In this document: in pieces, positions 17,934 to 26,656 of the stretch
How the letters are laid out: each line of letters opens with the position of its first letter
Numbering within the stretch: position 1 is the stretch's first letter
Source: a virus
UHGV virus genome: UHGV-0115803
Direction: 5' to 3' (one strand)
DNA: 53,738 bases
Program-made: the position numbers and the translations under genes
The notes under the pieces: model-generated
Told to the model about the DNA's origin: nothing
The model's input: the letters and a program-made list of their open reading frames with translations, nothing else
The model's database searches: none

Positions 17934-18560
17934 GTGAAAAAGGTATTATTAGCTTCTATTGTTATTATCTCAATGTTAGGGTTAGTTGGTTGTAGTGGAG
18001 AATCAGATTCTAGTAGTGAAGTACAGGTTAGCAAAGCGTCAACATCTATCACTGATAGTTCAACAAAAAAGAAAGAAAAATCTACTGAGGCCGCTGTTGG
18101 CAAACGATCTAATCCAGTTCCACTTGACTCTACCGCAACTTTCGATACCACTTATTACAGTGAAGATAGTGAAGATATACCCGCAAATATTTCAATGACT
18201 ATCTCAAATGTTATTCGGGGTGATGAAGCAATGAACTACTTAACTAATGCAAACGAGTTCAATGAAGCTGCTCCTGAAGGAAAAGAATGGTTATTGTTTG
18301 ATGTGACTATGAAAATGAATAAGGGTAGCCAAGATGACGCATATTACGTAACCCCTTCATTCATTCCAATAAGCTCCACTGGTGAAGAAGTGTCTCAGGA
18401 TACCTATGGAACTTTAGCAGATGGAGAAGAATTTGGGAATAAAGACCTATATGAAGGAGGAACTCAAACTGGGAAAGTCGCTTTATTAGTGCCGACTGGC
18501 GACGATACTTTGGTTGAATTCCAAGATTTTAATACTGGAGTATTCTTTAAATTACAATAA
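17934..18560 (+). CDS. lipoprotein (DUF4352-like)
   Basis: GTG start after GGAGGA. Signal VKKVLLASIVIISMLGLVGC (lipobox LVGC). Confidence 0.5.
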   Translation: MKKVLLASIVIISMLGLVGCSGESDSSSEVQVSKASTSITDSSTKKKEKSTEAAVGKRSNPVPLDSTATFDTTYYSEDSEDIPANISMTISNVIRGDEAMNYLTNANEFNEAAPEGKEWLLFDVTMKMNKGSQDDAYYVTPSFIPISSTGEEVSQDTYGTLADGEEFGNKDLYEGGTQTGKVALLVPTGDDTLVEFQDFNTGVFFKLQ

Positions 18561-18570
18561 TATAAAGATC

Positions 18571-18590
18571 AGCCCTCGGGCTTCTTCCCC
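18571..18590 (+). terminator. intrinsic terminator AGCC-tcg-GGCT + TCTT
   Basis: Hairpin after the lipoprotein gene. Confidence 0.4.
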
Positions 18591-18625
18591 ACCTGGCGCC
18601 GCCGGTTCGATTCCGGCTTGGGGAA
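18585..18625 (+). other. tRNA-3'-half-like fragment / minihelix (TCCCCA..GCCGG-TTCGATT-CCGGC-TTGGGGA-A)
   Basis: Perfect T-arm (GCCGG/CCGGC with GTTCGATT loop) plus a 7-nt acceptor-like strand that pairs with an upstream TCCCCA. No D arm or anticodon arm. Confidence 0.4.
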
Positions 18626-18653
18626 TAAAAAACAAATTTTTTGGGAGGTAAAT

Positions 18654-19514
18654 ATGTCGAACGCATCTGAAGATCCAAAAATAATATCTTTCATTAATAT
18701 GAAAGGCGGTGTTGGTAAAACAACTCTTTGTAAGGAAGTTGGATATCACTTAGCAAAAATCAGAAAGAAAAGAGTTTTATTGATTGATACCGATCCACAA
18801 GCTAATTTAACTCAATCATTTTTTAAAAAGTTTCATTTAAAACAACCTGGTTCAATGTTAGAAGGTGAAGACTCTTTTGAAGAATCTTCAGCAAGTATCA
18901 ATAATCTCTTCAAGAGTGATGGTATAGACCCTTCAAAAAAACTAGTAATAAGAAATCTAGATGAACAATTATCAATTATCCCTGGTGATCTAAATACTGT
19001 TTTTATGTCTAGAAATACTGATTCCTCAACTATGAATCAGTCTATTTACAATTTTCTTTTTATGAATTCTAGTTTTGAAAAATCTGAATACGATTATATT
19101 TTGCTGGATTGTCCACCGACATACTCTGAATACACAATCTCTGCCATCTTAGCTAGTACACATTACATCATTCCAGTTAAACCTGACAATTATTCAGTTC
19201 TTGGAATACAGATGCTAGAAAAAGTGATTCAGGATATAAAGAAGAAAAATCCTATTTACTTTAAAGAAAAACCAATAAAGAATATTGGTATAATTTTTAC
19301 GGATTTGCCCCTAAGGGTTGCAACTGGACAGGCAGAAACGATAAAATTGATCAAAGAAACTAAAAAACTGGAACCTTTTTACTTTTTCCAATCACATTTT
19401 TTAAAAAATAATGGCTTTTTCAAAAAGCTTGATTACTTTGTTGACGCCAGAAACAGTGAAAAGTCAAAGGAAAATCTTTATGCATTAGTTTCTGAATTAA
19501 TAGGGAGGTTATAA
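18654..19514 (+). CDS. ParA/MinD-family deviant Walker-A ATPase
   Basis: NMKGGVGKTT, DTDPQANLT and ILLDCPP motifs. Start at the ATG after GGGAGG (the listed ORF begins at an upstream TTG). Confidence 0.7.
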   Translation: MSNASEDPKIISFINMKGGVGKTTLCKEVGYHLAKIRKKRVLLIDTDPQANLTQSFFKKFHLKQPGSMLEGEDSFEESSASINNLFKSDGIDPSKKLVIRNLDEQLSIIPGDLNTVFMSRNTDSSTMNQSIYNFLFMNSSFEKSEYDYILLDCPPTYSEYTISAILASTHYIIPVKPDNYSVLGIQMLEKVIQDIKKKNPIYFKEKPIKNIGIIFTDLPLRVATGQAETIKLIKETKKLEPFYFFQSHFLKNNGFFKKLDYFVDARNSEKSKENLYALVSELIGRL

Positions 19515-19515
19515 A

Positions 19516-19908
19516 ATGCAACCCAATACTCAGTTAGAAGTTTACTTATCAAAGATTAACAAACGTACTCCAATTGAAGAAATGAAATTTACTCTTTATG
19601 GTTGTGCCACAATTTTCTTTTTATCAAAGCAATTGTTTCCACTCAATAAAGATATACAGATTTTTATCAATAGTTTTAAACTCAATCCAGTAGAAAAAAA
19701 TTATGGTGATTATCTTTACAAAAGCAGAACCTTGCTTTTATCTAGGATAATTCGTGATATTAAAGTTTCAGAAGTAGAAAGATTGACATTATATATTAAT
19801 GCAATGAAAGCATTAGTATTCTCTGATAGTTATAATTATAAAGAAACAACTGATAAGGATACAAAGAAGAATTACTTCGATGAACTATTTAATCAATTTG
19901 GAGGATAG
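19516..19908 (+). CDS. hypothetical protein (130 aa), translationally coupled to the ParA-like gene
   Basis: ORF; very AT-rich. Confidence 0.4.
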   Translation: MQPNTQLEVYLSKINKRTPIEEMKFTLYGCATIFFLSKQLFPLNKDIQIFINSFKLNPVEKNYGDYLYKSRTLLLSRIIRDIKVSEVERLTLYINAMKALVFSDSYNYKETTDKDTKKNYFDELFNQFGG

Positions 19909-19909
19909 T

Positions 19910-20563
19910 ATGAAAATAGATAATGAAAAATACATGAACTATTTAAATTTCGTAAATTCAAACTATCCAAACTCTGATTGGGGGGATTCAAAAAAAGAGA
20001 AAACTATTTACATGAACATTTCAAATTCTCTTTCTTGCTTAGATATCTACACTTCCGTAAATCATAAAAAATGTATTCATTCGGATCTTTTAGATGACCT
20101 AATAGTTTTGCTCCGACATTATCTTTTTTTATTACCCCTTAAGAATCCTATTTCTTATCATGCGATTATGCGAGCAATTTGTGAAACAATAATGAAAATT
20201 ATGTACTCATCTATATATCCAAACGAAACTTCCGAGTCTATACGAAAACTAAATTATAGATATTTAAGTGAGACTATTGACTCCGACGTAACCCTAAAAA
20301 GCATCGTTGGTGAAAATACTTTAAAAATTAAAAACAGTTATGCAAGTTCTTCAAATCAAATACATTCAAAAACTGGATTCAGTCAATTCAATGCTCCTTA
20401 CCTTGCAAATTTTTGGAGTTCTTCATTTTTATCAATAGATACAATGAAAAATGATTCTTCAACTATTTATGAGTTTATTTCTAAGAGTATTTATGTTTTG
20501 AATAAGTATGATTCAAATGATTTCGGTCATAATCAAAAAAATATACTACTAAACATGATATAG
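19910..20563 (+). CDS. hypothetical protein (217 aa)
   Basis: Start at MKIDNEKY after GGAGGA; N/S/Y-rich. Confidence 0.4.
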   Translation: MKIDNEKYMNYLNFVNSNYPNSDWGDSKKEKTIYMNISNSLSCLDIYTSVNHKKCIHSDLLDDLIVLLRHYLFLLPLKNPISYHAIMRAICETIMKIMYSSIYPNETSESIRKLNYRYLSETIDSDVTLKSIVGENTLKIKNSYASSSNQIHSKTGFSQFNAPYLANFWSSSFLSIDTMKNDSSTIYEFISKSIYVLNKYDSNDFGHNQKNILLNMI

Positions 20564-20570
20564 AATCTTA

Positions 20571-20590
20571 AGCCTCCGGGCTTTTCTTTT
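20571..20590 (+). terminator. intrinsic terminator AGCC-tccg-GGCT + TTTTCTTTT
   Basis: Read directly from the sequence. Confidence 0.5.
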
Positions 20591-20601
20591 AACGAACAAA
20601 A

Positions 20602-20615
20602 CGAACATACATTCG
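20602..20615. promoter_or_regulatory. Cheo-box-like LexA site CGAACATACATTCG (13/14 to CGAACRNRYGTTCG) upstream of the small gene and integrase
   Basis: Matches the Firmicutes LexA consensus with one mismatch. Confidence 0.45.
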
Positions 20616-20721
20616 TATTCGTTGCTGTTTTATTCGATAGTCTAAGGAAACGTGTGAAAATAATCTTTTTTTGCACGTGTTTTCGAATCGTATACAAAAT
20701 ATTTCGAAAGGAAATGATTTT

Positions 20722-21000
20722 ATGTCACCATATGAATTGAGAGAAAGACTAAAAAAAGAGGTACCAGAAGTAAAGATATACCCTATCCTTACAAAGTTTA
20801 GTTACAGTGAGGAAGAATATCAAGAAGAATTGAAAAATCAACTAGATTTAAAAAAAGATATTGAAGCTGGAAATGTGATTTCACGCCCTGTTTATACCTG
20901 GCAAGAGAAAGAACTAAAAATGGATAAGTTTTATGAAAAAGGATGGTATAAACCAAAGTTCTATACGCTTCCAAAATCTATGTTCAGGAGTGAAGACTGA
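20722..21000 (+). CDS. small protein overlapping the integrase start (Xis/accessory candidate)
   Basis: ATG after AAAGGAAA; stop overlaps the int ATG (TGATGG). Confidence 0.4.
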   Translation: MSPYELRERLKKEVPEVKIYPILTKFSYSEEEYQEELKNQLDLKKDIEAGNVISRPVYTWQEKELKMDKFYEKGWYKPKFYTLPKSMFRSED

Positions 21001-22217
21001 TGGCTTCAATAAAACCGTATAATTTAAAAAATGGTGAGCTGCGCTACGAAGTATTTATTTCTAACGGAGTGGACCCTGGTACCAAACGTCAAAATAAAAT
21101 TCATAAGAAAGGCTTCAGATCTTGGGATGAAGCAGATACTTTCGCAAAGATTACCGAAGGAGAAATCGCTAAAGGAAACTATAAAAAAGATGATGTAAAG
21201 CATTTGACAATTGAGCACTTTCTAAAGACGTGGATCACTGATTACAAATTAAGTGTTAAGGAAGGTACTAGAATTGTTCATCGGGACAATATTCGGATGT
21301 ATATAAACCCTTATATTGGAAAACATCGTTTAACTACCTACTCTCGTGCGGATCATCAGAAGTTCATTAATATGCTATTCACACTTAATGGAAAAGGCAG
21401 AAGTAAGAAAGGCTTATCTTTTAATACTGTTAAATTAGTAAACGCCACTCTTTCGAATGCTTATAAAAAAGCGATACAGCTTGGATATGTAAGTGAAAAC
21501 CCAACAGACTTTGTGGAATTTCCCTTACCGCCGAAAAAAGAGAAGATTCCTCCCCACTATACCGCAAGCGAAGTGGATTTATTTTACGAAGCAGCTAAGA
21601 AAGAAAAAGAACCATTTTGGTATCCGTTCTTCTTGTTAATCTTTGATTGTGGATTAAGAAAAGCAGAAGTGATGGCATTAAGATGGTCAGATTTTAATTT
21701 CGAAAAGAATTTTGTTGATGTGCAGCGAGAAAGACTCTATCGTGCTGAAGTTAAAGAAAACAAAGATGCGATCATAATTGATGACACAAAGACTCCAGCT
21801 GGCGAACGTGATCAACCAATCACACAAAGAACAAAATTTGCTCTACTCGAATTCTATAAATATTTTTATGATCTTATAGGAGTTACACCCTTACAGAAAA
21901 ATAATTCTGATTATGTGTTTATCTATACCTCAAGCAGCTCAAAGGGCAAAATAGTTCGAAATCGTTCAGTGAACGGCGCTTCTGTACGAATAGCGCGTAA
22001 AGCGGGCTTATCTCCCATCAAGGTACATGATGGCCGACACACCTATGCCATCCGCATGAGACAGGCTGGCGTTGATTTGGACGATATAAAAGACCTCCTT
22101 GGGCATAAAGATATATCTACAACTCAAATTTATGCTTCTGTGACTCCTGAAGTGAAGGAACGATCGGTGAAAAAATTCGAGGAATATTTAGAAGCGCAAA
22201 AGAAAAAGCACTCGTAA
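21000..22217 (+). CDS. int: phage tyrosine integrase
   Basis: 405 aa; C-terminal HDGRHTYAIRMRQAGVDLDDIKDLLGHKDISTTQIYASV. Confidence 0.85.
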   Translation: MASIKPYNLKNGELRYEVFISNGVDPGTKRQNKIHKKGFRSWDEADTFAKITEGEIAKGNYKKDDVKHLTIEHFLKTWITDYKLSVKEGTRIVHRDNIRMYINPYIGKHRLTTYSRADHQKFINMLFTLNGKGRSKKGLSFNTVKLVNATLSNAYKKAIQLGYVSENPTDFVEFPLPPKKEKIPPHYTASEVDLFYEAAKKEKEPFWYPFFLLIFDCGLRKAEVMALRWSDFNFEKNFVDVQRERLYRAEVKENKDAIIIDDTKTPAGERDQPITQRTKFALLEFYKYFYDLIGVTPLQKNNSDYVFIYTSSSSKGKIVRNRSVNGASVRIARKAGLSPIKVHDGRHTYAIRMRQAGVDLDDIKDLLGHKDISTTQIYASVTPEVKERSVKKFEEYLEAQKKKHS

Positions 22218-22231
22218 TTGAGTGCTTTTTC
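22208..22231 (+). terminator. intrinsic terminator GCACTC-gtaatt-GAGTGC + TTTTT
   Basis: Immediately after the int stop. Confidence 0.6.
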
Positions 22232-22524
22232 AAGTTCACTATCACCTTTTCTATCACCAAAAAAGGAATGACGCAAACATGTTTCTATCACCAGTTAGTT
22301 TTCAACTAGCCAGAAACATTGATTTATAGACGATTATTCAATTCTTTTGCTAAATCTTCAAATCCTGGTTTTCCAAGTAGGGCAAACATATTTTTCTTAT
22401 TGGTTATACCTTATTCCCTAATTTTCTCGATGATTGATTGGCTTAATATCAACGTTTCCACTGGATAAGTACCCTTCCTAGATTGTACCAATTTTACATT
22501 CACTATCACCAGTACTATCACCAG
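22232..22524. repeat. attP-like region: five direct repeats of (C)TATCACC(AG) in two clusters (~22236, 22250, 22284 | ~22499, 22514) flanking a ~200-bp presumptive core
   Basis: Integrase arm-type site architecture on both sides of a core, directly downstream of int. Confidence 0.45.
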
Positions 22525-22540
22525 CGATTGAGTGTCTTTC

Positions 22541-22735
22541 CTAAATTACTGTTGTGTCATAAACATATGTAATATGACCTTTTAATCCAGCTATCCCCCT
22601 AAAGAATTTTTTGTCTTCTTGCTTAATCCAAACATCGCGCCAAAGAAAAAAGTTTTCCCGATTAACTTCAATCTTATCGATCTTTCCATCACGTAAATCC
22701 TTGATTTGTTGTTCATATGATTCCATCACTTTCAC
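22541..22735 (-). CDS. hypothetical protein (64 aa)
   Basis: ORF. Confidence 0.3.
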   Translation of the reverse strand: MKVMESYEQQIKDLRDGKIDKIEVNRENFFLWRDVWIKQEDKKFFRGIAGLKGHITYVYDTTVI

Positions 22736-22776
22736 CTCGAATGTATTATAGCAGATTTCTTAATTTTTCGTTCCCC

Positions 22777-22805
22777 TTTACAAATCGAACATGCGTTCGT
22801 ATAAT
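22777..22805 (+). promoter_or_regulatory. sigma-A promoter TTTACA-17-TATAAT with a Cheo LexA box CGAACATGCGTTCG (14/14 to consensus) filling the spacer
   Basis: Read directly from the sequence; drives the translesion-synthesis operon. Confidence 0.6.
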
Positions 22806-22823
22806 GATTTTGAGGTGAATAAC

Positions 22824-23057
22824 ATGTTGGAAGATTACATCAGGACAAATTATGGAGATGACTACGCGAGAGTCTATAAAAAAATTACAGATAAACAACA
22901 TACTCAAATTGATCTAAATTTTATTTCTATTCTAGCAACAGGTAACAGCGACTTACCAGTCAGTATAGAAAAAGAAACTGTGATCAAGGACGGAAAATTG
23001 AAAGTTCGATATATCCTTGAAACAGAATTAAAATATCCGAAAACATCTGAGGAGTGA
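22824..23057 (+). CDS. hypothetical protein (77 aa), first gene of the SOS operon
   Basis: ATG after GAGGTG. The listed ORF start at 22791 lies inside the LexA box. Confidence 0.45.
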   Translation: MLEDYIRTNYGDDYARVYKKITDKQHTQIDLNFISILATGNSDLPVSIEKETVIKDGKLKVRYILETELKYPKTSEE

Positions 23058-23061
23058 TATC

Positions 23062-23505
23062 GTGGAGGAAAAACTATCTGTAGAAGTATTGATAAACAAA
23101 ATGGATTTGCTTCAACATCTAGAAACAGCTAAGAAAAGTGTTACTAGCAGAATATGTTTGGATGACTTCTTTGCTATAGATGATAATGAATATACTCTAC
23201 TCGAGTCAGAACTAAATGAACTATATCCAGATTTCACTTTTAAAGTGGTTCCAGTTTTTAGCGGATTTGCACTGGATTTATTAATCACTAACAAAGAAGC
23301 AAAGAAACGTTATGATGCTATTCTGAAAACAAAAACTTATCATGACGTGTATAGATTTCTTTATGAGAAACACGGAATTCATAGTTCGGGATCTTTTACA
23401 GAAGATATGAGCGAGAAAATCACAGATAACGAATTTGATAGTCTTGTAAACTTTCATCTAAGTTTAAGCAAAATGACTAAGGAAGCGTTCAAGCAACAAT
23501 ACTGA
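23062..23505 (+). CDS. hypothetical protein (147 aa)
   Basis: GTG after GAGGAG. Confidence 0.4.
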   Translation: MEEKLSVEVLINKMDLLQHLETAKKSVTSRICLDDFFAIDDNEYTLLESELNELYPDFTFKVVPVFSGFALDLLITNKEAKKRYDAILKTKTYHDVYRFLYEKHGIHSSGSFTEDMSEKITDNEFDSLVNFHLSLSKMTKEAFKQQY

Positions 23506-23531
23506 TGATTGAACATATCGAGGTGAGTAAA

Positions 23532-24883
23532 ATGGATAGCGTTAATTTTAAATACGAGTTAGAACCCTCACGGGATTATGCTTTCATTGATATGAAGTCT
23601 TTTATGCAAGCTGCGAGTTAGTGTCTCGCGGATTACATCCGCTGCGTGATTTGTTGATCGTCATGAGCACGGCTGACAACACGTCGGGCTTAATACTAGC
23701 AAGCAGCCCAATGGCAAAAAAGGTCTTAGGAGTTCGCAACGTAGCGCGAAAATGGGATCTCCCTACCGAAGCGGAGAATCCTCGCGTCAGAGACTTGATC
23801 GTAGCACCGCCAAGGATGCGATATTACATTCAAGAAAATCTGAAAATCCAAAATGTTGTGCGCAAATATGCTGCTGACGAAGACATTATGTGGTACAGCA
23901 TCGACGAAGGCGTAGTCGATTTGACTGCCTCTCTTAACTATTTTGTACCTGATAAAAACCTAAGTCGTGCGCAAAAACTGGATATCGTTTCGCAGCGCAT
24001 CCAGCAAGATATTCTACGAGCAACTGGTATTTTTTCGACAGTCGGTATGTCAAACAGCAATCCCCTGCTCGCAAAATTGGCACTTGATAACGAAGCAAAA
24101 CACAATCACAATATGCGCGCATTGTGGAACTACGAAGACGTACCGACAAAAGTCTGGTCCATTCCTGAAATAGATGATTTTTGGGGAATCGGAAGTCGTA
24201 TGAAACGTAATTTGGAATTTATGAACATTAAGTCTATAAAAGATTTGGCGCATGCATCCCCCGAACGATTACATAAGAAATTCGGGATTATAGGACTTCA
24301 GTTGTTCCATCATGCGAACGGTATTGATCGATCTAAGTTACAAAAACCCTATGTTCCGAAAGGAAAGAACATTGGGAACAGTCAGGTGTTACCGCGTGAT
24401 TATGCCGGTTTTGAAATGCCTCTTCTTATAAGAGAAATGGCTGAACAAGTAGCCATTCGATTGCGTCGTAGAGGAGCACAAACGACAACCGTTCATTTAT
24501 TTATTGGCTACAGCAAAGATGAAGGAAAGCGTGGATTCGGACGTCAAATGAAAGTTCCCGCTACGAATGATACAAAGCAGTTAGCTGAGCATTTATTATT
24601 TTTATTCAACAAATTTTATGATGGTCGCGGGTTTATTCGACACATTGGTGTCACCTACTCTGATTTAGTATATGACGGTGGTGATCAGTTAAACCTTTTT
24701 GAAGATCCAACTGATCAAGAAAAAAGAATCAAAATCGATCAAGTAACAGATAAAATTCGTGAGAAATATGGTTTTGTGAGCATCGTTCGCGCAAGTTCAA
24801 CTTTGGAGAACGGTCGCAGCATAAAACGGGCTGGACTTGTGGGTGGTCATAATGGCGGCGCTGGTGGTTTAGATGGGTTATAA
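23532..24883 (+). pseudogene. Y-family DNA polymerase (UmuC/UvrX-like) interrupted by a 1-nt frameshift in a T-run (~23597-23601)
   Basis: Frame A encodes MDSVNFKYELEPSRDYAFIDMKSF..stop. Frame B continues FYASCELVSRGLHPLRDLLIVMS...SIDEGVVDLT (canonical SFYASCE motif). One extra T would fuse the two frames. Confidence 0.7.
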
Positions 24884-24904
24884 AAATTGAGAGGATGAGT
24901 TAAA

Positions 24905-25309
24905 ATGGGCGAAGCATTTATGGCATATCATACTGATCCCTTTGTCAGAAACTATGATGATCGCGGGATGGCTAAATGGATGGGATTTTATCTAAGCGAA
25001 CATACATCTGAAATGGAAAAAGACAACACTATTAGAAACACTATTTATTATAGAAGAGAAAAAATGAGTGAGATTGAGATTTCAAGTATTTTGGATACTG
25101 CATATCGTTATCGCTATTCAGTAATCATTCAATTAGATGCATTAAATACTGAAGGATTTGCTTTTGAGGATGTTACCGGTGTGGTTGAAGGTTTCAACGG
25201 AAATAAACTCTATCTTTCCGATGTTGAAACTGGAATACAGATTGTTTCGATAAATTCGATCAATCATATTGCCCTTTCTACAACTGAAAAATGGAGTCAG
25301 CTTTCTTGA
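24905..25309 (+). CDS. YolD-like protein (UmuD functional analogue family)
   Basis: DRGMAKWMGFYLSEH motif; adjacent to the Y-family polymerase. Confidence 0.5.
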   Translation: MGEAFMAYHTDPFVRNYDDRGMAKWMGFYLSEHTSEMEKDNTIRNTIYYRREKMSEIEISSILDTAYRYRYSVIIQLDALNTEGFAFEDVTGVVEGFNGNKLYLSDVETGIQIVSINSINHIALSTTEKWSQLS

Positions 25310-25611
25310 CTCTCAACACGGATGATTTAGAATTTGATTACCACACCGAGAATTCTGAAAAATTCACTAAGGACTTTTTGAACTATGTAATTACTGATGT
25401 TCCTCTGTTTGCCTTGCAAGATGAGTTTTTATATCTGATGAATAGACGTAAATTGACCTATTTCAAAATTCCTGGTTATAAATGCGTAGATGGTCAAGAC
25501 CATATTTTTTATTTTACTCTAAGGCATATAGAAGAAAATCCACGAATCAAAGTTTATCGATATCTTGGAATTGACCTAGAAAAGCACGGATTAATGAAAA
25601 GGAGTGAGTAG
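25291..25611 (+). CDS. hypothetical protein (106 aa)
   Basis: ORF. Confidence 0.4.
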   Translation: MESAFLTLNTDDLEFDYHTENSEKFTKDFLNYVITDVPLFALQDEFLYLMNRRKLTYFKIPGYKCVDGQDHIFYFTLRHIEENPRIKVYRYLGIDLEKHGLMKRSE

Positions 25612-25612
25612 C

Positions 25613-26203
25613 ATGTGTGGACGATATTTATTTGATCCAATGACTGGCGAATTGGATGAATACTGGCAGATTATCGCTGACGTAGCCAAGAAGCAAGAAA
25701 AGTATAAAGAGCAGGAAATTGCAACTGGCGAAGTATTCCCTTCTAACAACGTTTTGACTCTAGGTGCTAATAAAAATAATGAGGTTGTACCAGGGATTAC
25801 TAAATGGGGATTTGAGGGCTTCAAAAAAGGACAGCTCTTCATCAATGCCCGTGCCGAATCAGTTGAGGAAAAGAAAACCTTTAGCAAGCATTTCCGTGAA
25901 CGTCGCATTGTCTTTCCGATGAACGGCTTCTACGAATGGGATTCTGACAAAAAGAAATTTCTCTTCACTGGCAATAACGAAGTTATTTACGTTGCCGGCT
26001 TTTATCGCATTCATGAGAATGTTGCAGAATCAATTATTATGACCACTGAACCGAATGCTGCAGTCTCCCCCATTCATGATCGCATGCCCTTAATCATTGA
26101 AAAAAGCGATATAGATAAATGGGTTCTTGATTTAGATTTTGCTAGAGAATACCTAAAGCGTGATATGGATAAATTCGAAAACTTAAAAATTAAATCTGCA
26201 TAA
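25613..26203 (+). CDS. SRAP/YedK (HMCES) family abasic-site processing protein
   Basis: True N-terminus is MCGRY (Cys2 nucleophile), with INARAE, GFYEW and IHDRMP motifs. The listed ORF starts 9 nt too early. Confidence 0.8.
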   Translation: MCGRYLFDPMTGELDEYWQIIADVAKKQEKYKEQEIATGEVFPSNNVLTLGANKNNEVVPGITKWGFEGFKKGQLFINARAESVEEKKTFSKHFRERRIVFPMNGFYEWDSDKKKFLFTGNNEVIYVAGFYRIHENVAESIIMTTEPNAAVSPIHDRMPLIIEKSDIDKWVLDLDFAREYLKRDMDKFENLKIKSA

Positions 26204-26217
26204 TTGGAGTGAATGAA

Positions 26218-26430
26218 ATGAACTTAATTTTGCAGTATGAACAAGGATATATTCCGTTCTCAGAACTCGAAAAAGTTCTCTGGGATTTCGGTCCAAATGC
26301 TATCAATGAAGTCGGAGAAAAATGTTTTGAGTTTTACTGCAATAAAGCTAACGGTTTTCACAATTTCGATTTTTATATTCTTAAATATGGGAGTGGTTTA
26401 AATGATGAGCATGAGTGGTTCAGTGAGTAG
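26218..26430 (+). CDS. hypothetical protein
   Basis: ORF; second ATG chosen for RBS spacing. Confidence 0.35.
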   Translation: MNLILQYEQGYIPFSELEKVLWDFGPNAINEVGEKCFEFYCNKANGFHNFDFYILKYGSGLNDEHEWFSE

Positions 26431-26656
26431 CATCAAAATACTGAAATTTTCTGAGCGTCCCCTTGTCTATTTCAAATTAGATGATCAATCATGTCTTATT
26501 GCCTCACACTCACTATCATTTTTGGCAGATGTTGAGAACGGAATGCGAATCGTAGTGGCTGGCGAGTACAATAGTAGAAAACAGTTCGTGGTGAAGAAAT
26601 ATGCGGTGATTGGCAAGACGAAGATTATGATGGAGTTTGAAATGATGAAAATATAA
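26402..26656 (+). CDS. hypothetical protein (84 aa)
   Basis: ORF. Confidence 0.35.
   Translation: MMSMSGSVSSIKILKFSERPLVYFKLDDQSCLIASHSLSFLADVENGMRIVVAGEYNSRKQFVVKKYAVIGKTKIMMEFEMMKI

Noticed and set aside
18552-18749. 65-aa minus-strand ORF spanning the tRNA-like fragment and the parA-like start
   Set aside because: Overlaps a terminator, the tRNA-like minihelix and a strongly supported plus-strand CDS start. Likely spurious.
22300-22490. Attempt to identify the attP core by matching to the tRNA (27331-27401) or to the tRNA-like fragment (18585-18625)
   Set aside because: No convincing shared segment (only GTACCC, 6 nt). The core cannot be assigned without the host attB.
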